From an uncultured Candidatus Rokubacteria bacterium (GTDB lineage Bacteria > Methylomirabilota > Methylomirabilia > Rokubacteriales > DASRDR01), in the NCBI GenBank assembly GCA_963805625.1, contig CAWDVE010000019.1, positions 544,001 through 608,000 of the forward strand: a stretch of 64,000 nt of DNA, written 5' to 3'. Each line of letters starts with the position of its first letter. Within the stretch, counting starts at the first letter, position 1. The notes under the pieces are model-generated. The model was not told where the DNA came from, made no database searches, and saw only the letters and a program-made list of their open reading frames with translations. Shown here piece by piece: positions 24,675-32,630 of the stretch. The position numbers were made by a program, and so were the translations under genes.

Positions 24675-27160
24675 CGCGCCACCTCGGGCCGCACGGTCTC
24701 GGCCACGGAGCCGACGAGCGCGGGGAACTGCACCACGAAGGTGATGCCGAGCCCGGCCGGACCGGGATCCGCCCAGAGCGCCGCGCGGTGCGCGTCCGCG
24801 ATGCTGCGGCAGATCGCGAGCCCGAGGCCCGTTCCGCTGGACTTCGTCGTGAAGAACGGCTCGAAGACCCGGGCGAGATCCTCGCGCGGGATCCCGGGGC
24901 CGGTGTCCGTGACCCGGACCGTCACCAAGCCGCGGTCCGCGCGCTCGCGATCGGCCCGGACGGTCACCGTCAGGGTGCCGCCCGCGGTCATGGCTTCCAG
25001 GCCGTTCAAGAACAGGTTCAGGAAGAGCTGCTTGAGCTGGTCGAGCTCGCCCAGGATCGGTGGCAGATCACGCTCGATCTCGACCACCGAGCGCACCCGC
25101 CGGCGATCGGCCTCTCCACGAAGCAGGTCGAGCGTCTCCGCCAGGGGCACCTGGAGGTCGAGCGGGCGCAGCGGGAACGCAGTGGGGACCGCCAGGGCCC
25201 GGAGCCGCCCCAGGAGCTGTTCGATGCGGTGGATCTCCTTGACGGCGACCTTCGCGAAGGTCGAGCGGAACTCGTGGTCGTCGGCTCGCTCGGGCAGGAG
25301 CTCCGCGAACGTCTTGATCGCCACGAGCGGGTTCCGGATCTCGTGAGCGATGCCGGTTGCCATCGCGCCGAGGGCGGAGAGGCGATCGGTGCGCCGCTTG
25401 TCCTCCTCGAGCGCCTTGAGCCGCGAGTGGTCGTTGAGCACGGCGATCGCTCCGCTGACCGCCCCCTTGTGGTCGTGAAGCGCCGACGTGTGGACCACCA
25501 GGGGCAGAATCCGCCCCTCGGGATGGCTCACCGTCACCTCCGTCTCGGACTCCGACTGCTCGACGAGGCTCGACCGGAGGACGGCTCGAATGGCGGGGTC
25601 CAGCACATCGAGCGGCCGGCCCACCACGCGGGCGGCCTCGATCCCGAGAATGCGCTCTGCCGCCGGATTGAGGGTCATGACGACGCCGTCTTCCCGGGCG
25701 GCGATGACGCCCGAGTCCATGCGGCCGAGCAGACGCTCGTTGTACTCCTTGATCGAGACGATCTCGTGGTAGAGCTGCGCGTTCTTGAGCCCGATGGCGA
25801 GCTCGCTCGCCAGGGTCTCCAGGAGGTCGAGCTCGTCGCCAAAGAACGAATCGCCGGAGAGCTTGGGGCCGATCAGGATGATCGCCATCAGCCGGCCGTC
25901 CCGGACCGGCACGGCCGCCTCGGCACCCCAGGCCCGGAGATCCTGGAGCACGGTAGTCGGGTCCACGCTGCCGGGCCGAGCCCCGACAAGATCCCAGACG
26001 AGCGCGGCCGTCCCGTCCGACAGCTCCTGGACGAGCGGGCTCGTCCCTGACACCGGCTCCGCAGGCCACACGAAGGTCGGATCGACGTGCCGGGCCACGA
26101 GGGGTGTAAAGGCGTCGCGGTCCCGGATCCGCACGAGGATGGCAAGGCTCTCGAGACGGAGGGCACGGTCGATCAGGTCCGCCATGGCCATCGCAACCCG
26201 CGCGGGGTCGGCAAAGGTGCCCATCGCCCGGCTCCCCTCGCGGACGAGGGCACGCGTGTCGTAGGCCGGCCGGTACAAGTACCGGTCGGCGAGATGGCGC
26301 ATGCGCGGCGCGAATCCGAGGAACAGAGCGGAGGCGGCCAGGCCCAGCACCACCGCGCCGGCGGGCGAGAGCGTCGGGTTCGCCTCGGGGAAGAGCGCGT
26401 CCAGGAGGATCTCACCCCCGATCAGCAGGGCCGCCGTCAGCAGCCAGCCCGCCGCGTAGGCCGCTGACCGGCTGATGACGACCCGCACGTCCATGAGCCG
26501 GTACCGCAGGATGCAGTGGGCAGTAAAGCCGAGCCAGAGTAGCGTGAAATAGGGCCCGTACACGCCGAGCCGCGAGGATCCGGTGACGAGCGGCACGACG
26601 ACGCCGAGCGTGAGGGCGCCCGCCGCCGTGAGCCCGGCCCCGAGGAAGACGTAGTGGAGCTGGGCCCGGGCGAAGCCCGTGGTGTGTCGGAGCTTGCCCG
26701 CCAGGTGGGCGAGGGCCCAGGCAGAGCACAGGATCATGTACGCTCCGAGCAACCGGAAGGCCGGTCCGTACACCGGCTGCAGGTAGTTGGCCTCCTCGAG
26801 CCGCACGTCGGCCACAATCCAGGGCGAGAACGACAGGCCCGACATGAACAGGCCGAGGAAGGTCACCACCTGGGCGAGGGCCGGCCGGCGGGCCGCCGGC
26901 CGCGGGAACACCACCGCGAAGTGAGCGAACGTCACCGGGACGAGGGCTGCTGTCGCCCAGAGCACGCGCACCACGGCGAGGACCACCACCGGGTCGACCA
27001 GGCTCCGGCGGATGCCGACCAGGGTGCCCCACACAGCGAGGGTCGTCGCGAACGCCGCAAACCACCGGTTCACCGCGCGACCGGGGTTTCGCACCCAGAC
27101 CACGACCGCCAGCGCCACCTCGATCAGCGCGACCAGAAAGAGGCCGACGATCGGCGTCAT
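24671..27160 (-). CDS. Multi-TM (HisKA_7TM/PrsK-like) sensor histidine kinase with GAF and PAS
   Basis: Many N-terminal hydrophobic helices, ILRYRLMDVR; H-box IAHEIRNPL; NGLEAM, DTGPGI, GTGLGL. Confidence 0.92.
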   Translation of the reverse strand: MTPIVGLFLVALIEVALAVVVWVRNPGRAVNRWFAAFATTLAVWGTLVGIRRSLVDPVVVLAVVRVLWATAALVPVTFAHFAVVFPRPAARRPALAQVVTFLGLFMSGLSFSPWIVADVRLEEANYLQPVYGPAFRLLGAYMILCSAWALAHLAGKLRHTTGFARAQLHYVFLGAGLTAAGALTLGVVVPLVTGSSRLGVYGPYFTLLWLGFTAHCILRYRLMDVRVVISRSAAYAAGWLLTAALLIGGEILLDALFPEANPTLSPAGAVVLGLAASALFLGFAPRMRHLADRYLYRPAYDTRALVREGSRAMGTFADPARVAMAMADLIDRALRLESLAILVRIRDRDAFTPLVARHVDPTFVWPAEPVSGTSPLVQELSDGTAALVWDLVGARPGSVDPTTVLQDLRAWGAEAAVPVRDGRLMAIILIGPKLSGDSFFGDELDLLETLASELAIGLKNAQLYHEIVSIKEYNERLLGRMDSGVIAAREDGVVMTLNPAAERILGIEAARVVGRPLDVLDPAIRAVLRSSLVEQSESETEVTVSHPEGRILPLVVHTSALHDHKGAVSGAIAVLNDHSRLKALEEDKRRTDRLSALGAMATGIAHEIRNPLVAIKTFAELLPERADDHEFRSTFAKVAVKEIHRIEQLLGRLRALAVPTAFPLRPLDLQVPLAETLDLLRGEADRRRVRSVVEIERDLPPILGELDQLKQLFLNLFLNGLEAMTAGGTLTVTVRADRERADRGLVTVRVTDTGPGIPREDLARVFEPFFTTKSSGTGLGLAICRSIADAHRAALWADPGPAGLGITFVVQFPALVGSVAETVRPEVAR

Positions 27161-27172
27161 GGCAGTGCGGGG

Positions 27173-28402
27173 CTAGTTGTCGTCCGGGCGGCCGAGGATG
27201 ACCGCCGAGTGTGTGGGGCCGATGGCGCGCGAGGTGACCAGGACGCGGTTCACCCGGGCGGGCCGACCCCGGCCGGGCACGTAATCGAGGTCGCACTCGG
27301 GGGCGGGGATGTCGTGGTTCATGGTCGGAGGAACGAACTGCTCCGCCAGCGAGAAGCAGGCAGCCACCACCTGGAGGGCCCCACCCGCCGCGAACGGCTG
27401 GCCGATCATCGCCTTGATCGAGGTCACCGGGACGTTGTACGCGTGCCGGCCGAGCACGGCGCGATACGCCGCGCTCTCGGCCCGGTCGTGGCACGGTACG
27501 CCACCCCCGTGCGCGTTGACGTGGTCGATCTCCCCCGGGTCCAGGCGCGCTTCCTTGAGCGCCGCCCGCATGGCGGCCTGGAGTGACGCGCCCTCGGGGT
27601 TCACCGTACGGAGATCCAGGCCGTCGGTGCCGCTGCCGTACCCCAGCACCTCAGCGTAGACGTGGGCGCCCCGTGCCCGCGAGTGATCGAGATCTTCCAG
27701 CACATACATCCCGGCGCCCTCGCCCAGGACTGAGCCGTCGCTGAGCGCGTCGTAGGGGCGCAGCGCCTGCGCCGGCGGGCCGCTCCAGCGCGAGAGCCAA
27801 CCGAGCTTGCCCCAGGCCGCATGCACGGAGGTCGCCAGGGGTGCGTCGGCGGCTCCGGCCAGCGCGCCGACGATGCGGCCGGCGCCGATTTGGGCACACG
27901 CCCACTGGATCACGTCCACACCCGAGGCACAGCCGGAGCCAAGCGTCATGGTCTGGCCCTGGAGGCCCAGATCCACGGCCGCATGGTTCGTCAGGGCGTG
28001 CCCGATGCTCTCGACGACCATCGAGGCATCGCGCCGGCGCATCGACCGGCCCTGCAGCCGCTCGAGGACCTCCTGGAACTCGGCCACCGCGCTGGCGCCG
28101 CTCGCGACGCAGACCGCGAACCCGCTGGCAGCCCGGAGGCCTGGCAGGCCCGCGTCGTCGTACGCCATTCGGGCGGCGGCCATGCCGAACTGGGCGAAGC
28201 GCCCCGCAGGCGTGAGCCGCTCACCGGCCAGCTCGAAGCCCTTGACCTCGGCCGCGACCCGGCAGGCGAACGGCGCCGGGTCGAAACGGGTGATCGGTCC
28301 CACCCCGAGCGCTCCTTCACGGAGTCCGTGCCAGAACGGCTTGACGCCAATCCCGATCGGCGTCACGGCTCCGAGGCCGGTGATGACGACGCGACGTCTC
28401 AC
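27173..28402 (-). CDS. FabF-like ketosynthase with Cys-His-Gln active site
   Basis: RRVVITGLG, SGCASG (Cys), NAHGGG (His), SIKAMIGQPFAAGG (second His replaced by Gln). Confidence 0.88.
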   Translation of the reverse strand: MRRRVVITGLGAVTPIGIGVKPFWHGLREGALGVGPITRFDPAPFACRVAAEVKGFELAGERLTPAGRFAQFGMAAARMAYDDAGLPGLRAASGFAVCVASGASAVAEFQEVLERLQGRSMRRRDASMVVESIGHALTNHAAVDLGLQGQTMTLGSGCASGVDVIQWACAQIGAGRIVGALAGAADAPLATSVHAAWGKLGWLSRWSGPPAQALRPYDALSDGSVLGEGAGMYVLEDLDHSRARGAHVYAEVLGYGSGTDGLDLRTVNPEGASLQAAMRAALKEARLDPGEIDHVNAHGGGVPCHDRAESAAYRAVLGRHAYNVPVTSIKAMIGQPFAAGGALQVVAACFSLAEQFVPPTMNHDIPAPECDLDYVPGRGRPARVNRVLVTSRAIGPTHSAVILGRPDDN

Positions 28403-28653
28403 CCAGGCGCCTGTTTGAGGCGGCTCTCGACCAGAGCCACCATGTCCGCCACCGTCTTGAGCTTGGTCAGCTCCTCCTCGGGCACCTCGATGTCAAACTT
28501 GCGCTCGACCGAGATGGCGAGCTCGACCGCGTCGAGGGAATCGAGGCCGAGATCCTCGACCAGCTTCGCCTCCGGCACCAGCTGCTCCGGCGGCAGTCCG
28601 AGCCGTGCTGACATGATCTCCCGAAGCCCATCCGCGACGTCTTGCGCCGCCAC
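28399..28653 (-). CDS. acpP: Acyl carrier protein
   Basis: EDLGLDSLDAVEL phosphopantetheinyl-Ser motif; acidic, 84 aa. Confidence 0.93.
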   Translation of the reverse strand: MAAQDVADGLREIMSARLGLPPEQLVPEAKLVEDLGLDSLDAVELAISVERKFDIEVPEEELTKLKTVADMVALVESRLKQAPG

Positions 28654-29883
28654 TCATGCCTCCCCGCGGCTCAGGACCAGGATCGAGTTGGTCCCGCCGA
28701 ACGCGAACGAGTTCGACATCGCTACCCGGATCGGGACACGGCGGGCCTGGTTTGGCACGTAGTCCAGGTCGCACGCGGGATCCGGCGTCGTGTAGTTGAT
28801 CGTGGGGGGCAGGACTCCGTGGTGGAGAGCGAGCGCCGTCGCGATGGCTTCCACGCCTCCGGCGGCTCCCACGAGGTGGCCCGTCATCGATTTGATCGAG
28901 CTGACCGCCAGGCGCCGGGCATGCTCGCCGAAGACGGCCTTGATCGCCTCGGTCTCGTGCTGATCGTTCAGCGGGGTGGACGTCCCGTGCGCGTTGACGT
29001 AGTCCACCGCTTCCGGGGCGAGCTTCGCGTCCGCGAGGGCGAGCCGCATCGCCCGGGCGGGCCCGTCGGACGACGAGGCCGTCGGGTGGTTGGCGTCGGC
29101 CGAGAGCCCGTACCCCACCACCTCGGCGTAGATGCGGGCGCCCCGCGCCCGCGCCGCCTCCAGGATCTCGAGGACGAGGATCCCCGCGCCCTCCGCGAGG
29201 ACAAACCCGTCGCGATCCTTGTCGAATGGGCGGCTGGCAAGAGTCGGGGCATCGTTCCGTGTCGACAGCGCCCGGATCGACGAGAAGCCGGCGACGACCA
29301 GGGGATGGATGAGGGCGTCGGTTCCCCCGGCGAGCATGACGTCGGCGTCGCCGCGCTGGATCGTCCGGAAGGCGTCGCCGACGGCCTGGCTGCTCGCGGC
29401 ACAGGCCGTGGTGGGGCTGAAGATCGGCCCGCGTGCCGCCGTCCGCATGGACACCCACCCGGCCGCCATGTTGGGCAGGCTGCCCGGCAGCGCGTACGCG
29501 CTCACGGCCGCGATGCCCTCGCGCTGGAGCAGGTCCCACGAGGATAGGAGGAGAGGCACTCCGCCCATGCCGGTTCCGATCGACACGCCGACCCGGTCGT
29601 TCTGGCCATCGATCTTGACGCCGGAGTCCGCGAGCGCCGCTTGCGCGGAGATGAGCGCGTAGTGGATGAACCCATCGGTCCGCACGATGTCCCGCCGGGG
29701 TAGGTGAGCGGCGGCGTCGAAGTCAGGAATCTCTCCCGCGATCTGGCTCGGGTAAGGTGAGGGGTCAAATCGAGTGATCCGGCGGACCCCGCTCCGGCCG
29801 TGAGTCAGCCCGTCCCAGAAGGCGTCGATGCCGACGCCCAGGGGTGAAACCACGCCCAGACCGGTGACCACGACGCGCCGCAT
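28654..29883 (-). CDS. fabF: 3-oxoacyl-ACP synthase II
   Basis: TACAAS, NAHGTST, KSMTGHLVGAAG, SNSFAFGG; complete Cys-His-His triad; RBS GGAGG. Confidence 0.94.
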   Translation of the reverse strand: MRRVVVTGLGVVSPLGVGIDAFWDGLTHGRSGVRRITRFDPSPYPSQIAGEIPDFDAAAHLPRRDIVRTDGFIHYALISAQAALADSGVKIDGQNDRVGVSIGTGMGGVPLLLSSWDLLQREGIAAVSAYALPGSLPNMAAGWVSMRTAARGPIFSPTTACAASSQAVGDAFRTIQRGDADVMLAGGTDALIHPLVVAGFSSIRALSTRNDAPTLASRPFDKDRDGFVLAEGAGILVLEILEAARARGARIYAEVVGYGLSADANHPTASSSDGPARAMRLALADAKLAPEAVDYVNAHGTSTPLNDQHETEAIKAVFGEHARRLAVSSIKSMTGHLVGAAGGVEAIATALALHHGVLPPTINYTTPDPACDLDYVPNQARRVPIRVAMSNSFAFGGTNSILVLSRGEA

Positions 29884-30109
29884 GCGCCTCCTGGAGCGAG
29901 CTCAGAGTGCGTGAAAGTCCGACGTGACGCTAAGTTACACCTAAAATCTCGTGTTGGACCGAAAAGAAAATGGCGCCACCAGATCGAGTGGGACGGCTGG
30001 GGAAGGACCCCATGTGAGGGGCGCTCGTCACGTGTTCGGTCGGATGGACCCCGCCCTGCATCCGCCCAGCGTGTTGCCGCCGAGTCGCCGGCCCCAGAGC
30101 TCGTCGCGA

Positions 30110-31189
30110 TCAGGCTGGCCCGGGCGACCCGGTGGCGCCGGCGCGAGCGAGGATCTCGGCCACGAGCTCCCGATGCTCGGCGCAGCCGATGACGTCCAGG
30201 TCAGGGCAGGGCCGCGTCCGCTCGACCCACCGCCGGAGAGCCGCCCGGCGCCCGCACGCCGCCTGGGCGGCGTCCGGGGTCAGCGCCCCGCTCGCGAGCG
30301 CTTGGCCCACGGCCGCGACCGCCTCAGCTCGTGTCTCGGGCTCACGGCAGACGAGGGCGAGATCGCCGCCCACGGTGAGGAACCGCGCGGCCGCGATACC
30401 GACGCCCCAGGCGCTCCTGACTGCCGCCATCTCGAGATCGTCGCTCAGGACGAGGCCCCCGAAGTCGAGCTCCCGCCGCAGGAGTCCCGCGACGACGCCG
30501 GTTGACAGCGAGGCGGGCCACTCCGGATCGAGGGCCGGGTACCGCACGTGGGCCACCATGACTGCGGGGCATCCGGCCGCGAGGGCTCGGCGGAACGGCA
30601 GCAGCTCCGTCCGTTCGAGCTCGCCGACCGGGGCGTCCACCTCTGGGAGGGCCACGTGGGAATCGAGGGGCGTCCGCCCATGACCCGGGAAATGCTTGGC
30701 CACTGGTATGAGGCCTTCCGCCAGGGCTGCGCGGGTGAACGCCGTGCCGCAGGCCGCGACCGCCTCGGCGTCCTCCGCGTACGCTCGGTCGCCGATGACG
30801 ACGCTTTCCGGGTCCGTCCGGCAATCGAGGACCGGCGTGAGCCCGGAGTCGAACCCCGCGGCGCGCAGTTCGCGGGCCATCGCTCTGGCCACGCGCCCGG
30901 CGAGCGCGGGCTCGCCCGTCCGGCCGATCGTCGCCGCGGGAGGAAAGCACGTGAATGGCGGCGGGAGGCGATGGACGCGCCCGCCCTCGTGGTCTACGAG
31001 CACGAGCACGTCTGGGCCGAGCTCGCGCGCTGCCGAGGTCAGCGAGAGGACCGCGTCGAGGGTGGGGCAGTTTCGCGCGAAGAGCACGACGCCGCCCAGC
31101 CCAGCTTCGGCGGCCAGGTCGGCGATGGCCTCCGGCAGCGCGGTGCCCTCGAACCCGAGCGCGAGGAGCTCTCCGGCGCCGGTGCTCAT
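30110..31189 (-). CDS. nagZ: Beta-N-acetylhexosaminidase (GH3)
   Basis: DHEGGRVHRL, KHFPGHG...DSH, SDDLEM; downstream of ampG. Confidence 0.92.
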   Translation of the reverse strand: MSTGAGELLALGFEGTALPEAIADLAAEAGLGGVVLFARNCPTLDAVLSLTSAARELGPDVLVLVDHEGGRVHRLPPPFTCFPPAATIGRTGEPALAGRVARAMARELRAAGFDSGLTPVLDCRTDPESVVIGDRAYAEDAEAVAACGTAFTRAALAEGLIPVAKHFPGHGRTPLDSHVALPEVDAPVGELERTELLPFRRALAAGCPAVMVAHVRYPALDPEWPASLSTGVVAGLLRRELDFGGLVLSDDLEMAAVRSAWGVGIAAARFLTVGGDLALVCREPETRAEAVAAVGQALASGALTPDAAQAACGRRAALRRWVERTRPCPDLDVIGCAEHRELVAEILARAGATGSPGPA

Positions 31190-31287
31190 TGGGCTACCTT
31201 TGGACGGCCTTCGGCCGGTGGGGCTCCGCGGGCGTTGATTCGACGGCGATTGGACGGCCATCGGCCTGTGGCGGCCTGCGGGTTCAC
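31186..31287 (-). repeat. 102-bp junction repeat, copy B (GTGA and ATGA overlaps)
   Basis: Ungapped homolog of 3840-3941; an extra hairpin unit lies at about 31302-31322 inside the ampG 3' end. Confidence 0.9.
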
Positions 31288-32558
31288 TGGCCCGCCCTGT
31301 CGGACGGCTTTCGGCCTGTTGGCTCGCCTCGCCCGGCTGTCGGGCTGGGGGGGAGCCAGGATGCGATGAGCGGGACGAGACAGAGGCCGGGGAGCGACGC
31401 GAGAAAGGTGAGCGCGAAGTACGGGCCGTAGCCCCACCGCTCGGCGCCGATGCCGCTCACCGCGCCCGCGAGGCGGCCCGTGAACGAGAAGAGCGAGGAG
31501 AGGAACGCGTACTGGAGCGTGGCTCGCTCTGGATCGCAGACGGCTAGGAAGAATCCGAGGAACGCGGCGGTCCCGAGCCCGCCCGCGAATGAGTCGATCA
31601 TGGACGCCGCGTACAGGGCCGGCCAGGGCAGCTCCCACAGGGCGACCGCAGCGTAGCCGAGGTTCGAGACCGCCTGAGGCACGCCGAGCGCCCACAGGGC
31701 GGTCAGGGTGCCGTAGCGCTGCATGAAGGCGCCACCCGCCAGGGCCCCGGCGATCGAGAGCCCGATGCCGAGAGCCGTCGGGACCAGCCCGATCTCGAAG
31801 AGCGAGCGCCCACGGTCCACCCAGAATGGCTTAACCATCGGGCCGATCGCGAACTCGCCCAGCTTGTAGGTGAGGACGAAGAGGATGAGCGGGACCGCGC
31901 GCCAGGTGCCGATCCAGCCCACGAAGGGGGCGAGCCAGTGCCGGCGCGCCTCGGCGGGGACGTCGACCCGCGGGATCCGTCGGACTGCCAGGCCGAGCCC
32001 GGCGAACACGACCGCGGCAGCTTCGAAGAGAACGCTCCAGGGCAGCCACTCGGCGAGGGTGACCATGCCGCTGCCGATCAGGACCAGCGCCACGCGGTAC
32101 GCGGAGGCGCGGACGCCGTTCGCCGCGCCCTGCTCCTCCTGGTTCACCAGCGCGACGGTGTAGGCGTCGATCGCCATGTCCTGGGTGGCCGCGGCGACCG
32201 TCAGGACGAGGATCAGGACGATGAGGACGACCAGGCCGCGCGTGGCGTCGGTCATGGGGAGAAGGGCGACGACGAGCGCGACCACGAGCATGGCGCCGGT
32301 GACCCAGTCGCGGCGGTCGCCGAAACGCTGGACCAGCGGCGACCAGATGAACTTCAGAGAGAACGGCAGTTCGAGGAGACGGAGCCCGCCGATGGCGCGG
32401 AGCGACGTGCCCTGTCGGCGGAGGTAGACGGGCAGCACCTCCCACAGGACGCTCACCGGACTGCCCTCGATGAAGTAGAGGAGCCCCACGATCCCGAGCT
32501 TGGATCGCGACGCCTCGGGCAGCCGGCTGGCGCCGAGCAGCGTCCACAGAAGGCGCAT
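31284..32558 (-). CDS. ampG: AmpG-family muropeptide MFS permease
   Basis: LPFSLKFIWSPLV, AATQDMAIDAY, YKLGE, ATLQYAFLSSL; adjacent to nagZ. Confidence 0.88.
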   Translation of the reverse strand: MRLLWTLLGASRLPEASRSKLGIVGLLYFIEGSPVSVLWEVLPVYLRRQGTSLRAIGGLRLLELPFSLKFIWSPLVQRFGDRRDWVTGAMLVVALVVALLPMTDATRGLVVLIVLILVLTVAAATQDMAIDAYTVALVNQEEQGAANGVRASAYRVALVLIGSGMVTLAEWLPWSVLFEAAAVVFAGLGLAVRRIPRVDVPAEARRHWLAPFVGWIGTWRAVPLILFVLTYKLGEFAIGPMVKPFWVDRGRSLFEIGLVPTALGIGLSIAGALAGGAFMQRYGTLTALWALGVPQAVSNLGYAAVALWELPWPALYAASMIDSFAGGLGTAAFLGFFLAVCDPERATLQYAFLSSLFSFTGRLAGAVSGIGAERWGYGPYFALTFLASLPGLCLVPLIASWLPPSPTAGRGEPTGRKPSDRAGQ

Positions 32559-32630
32559 CGCGCGCATTGTACCCGAGCCCAGTTCGTGGGCCGCCGTAGA
32601 AGCGCGGGCCCACGCCTGCTCGCGCGGCTG

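Noticed and set aside
27173-29883. Aromatic type II PKS (KS-CLF-ACP) or aryl-polyene cluster
   Set aside because: The second KS keeps its Cys, and there are no cyclases, reductases, dehydratases or tailoring genes
29884-30000. AT-rich stretch upstream of fabF as a defined promoter or operator
   Set aside because: Probably the promoter region, but no convincing -35/-10, sigma54 or palindromic operator could be fixed by eye
30110-31261. N-terminal extensions of NagZ and the amidase in the ORF track (…SPTGRRPSKGSPM, …SPTGGRPSKDSPM) as a shared protein domain
   Set aside because: They are alternate-frame read-through of the 102-bp DNA repeat; the true starts are the ATGs at 31189 and 3938
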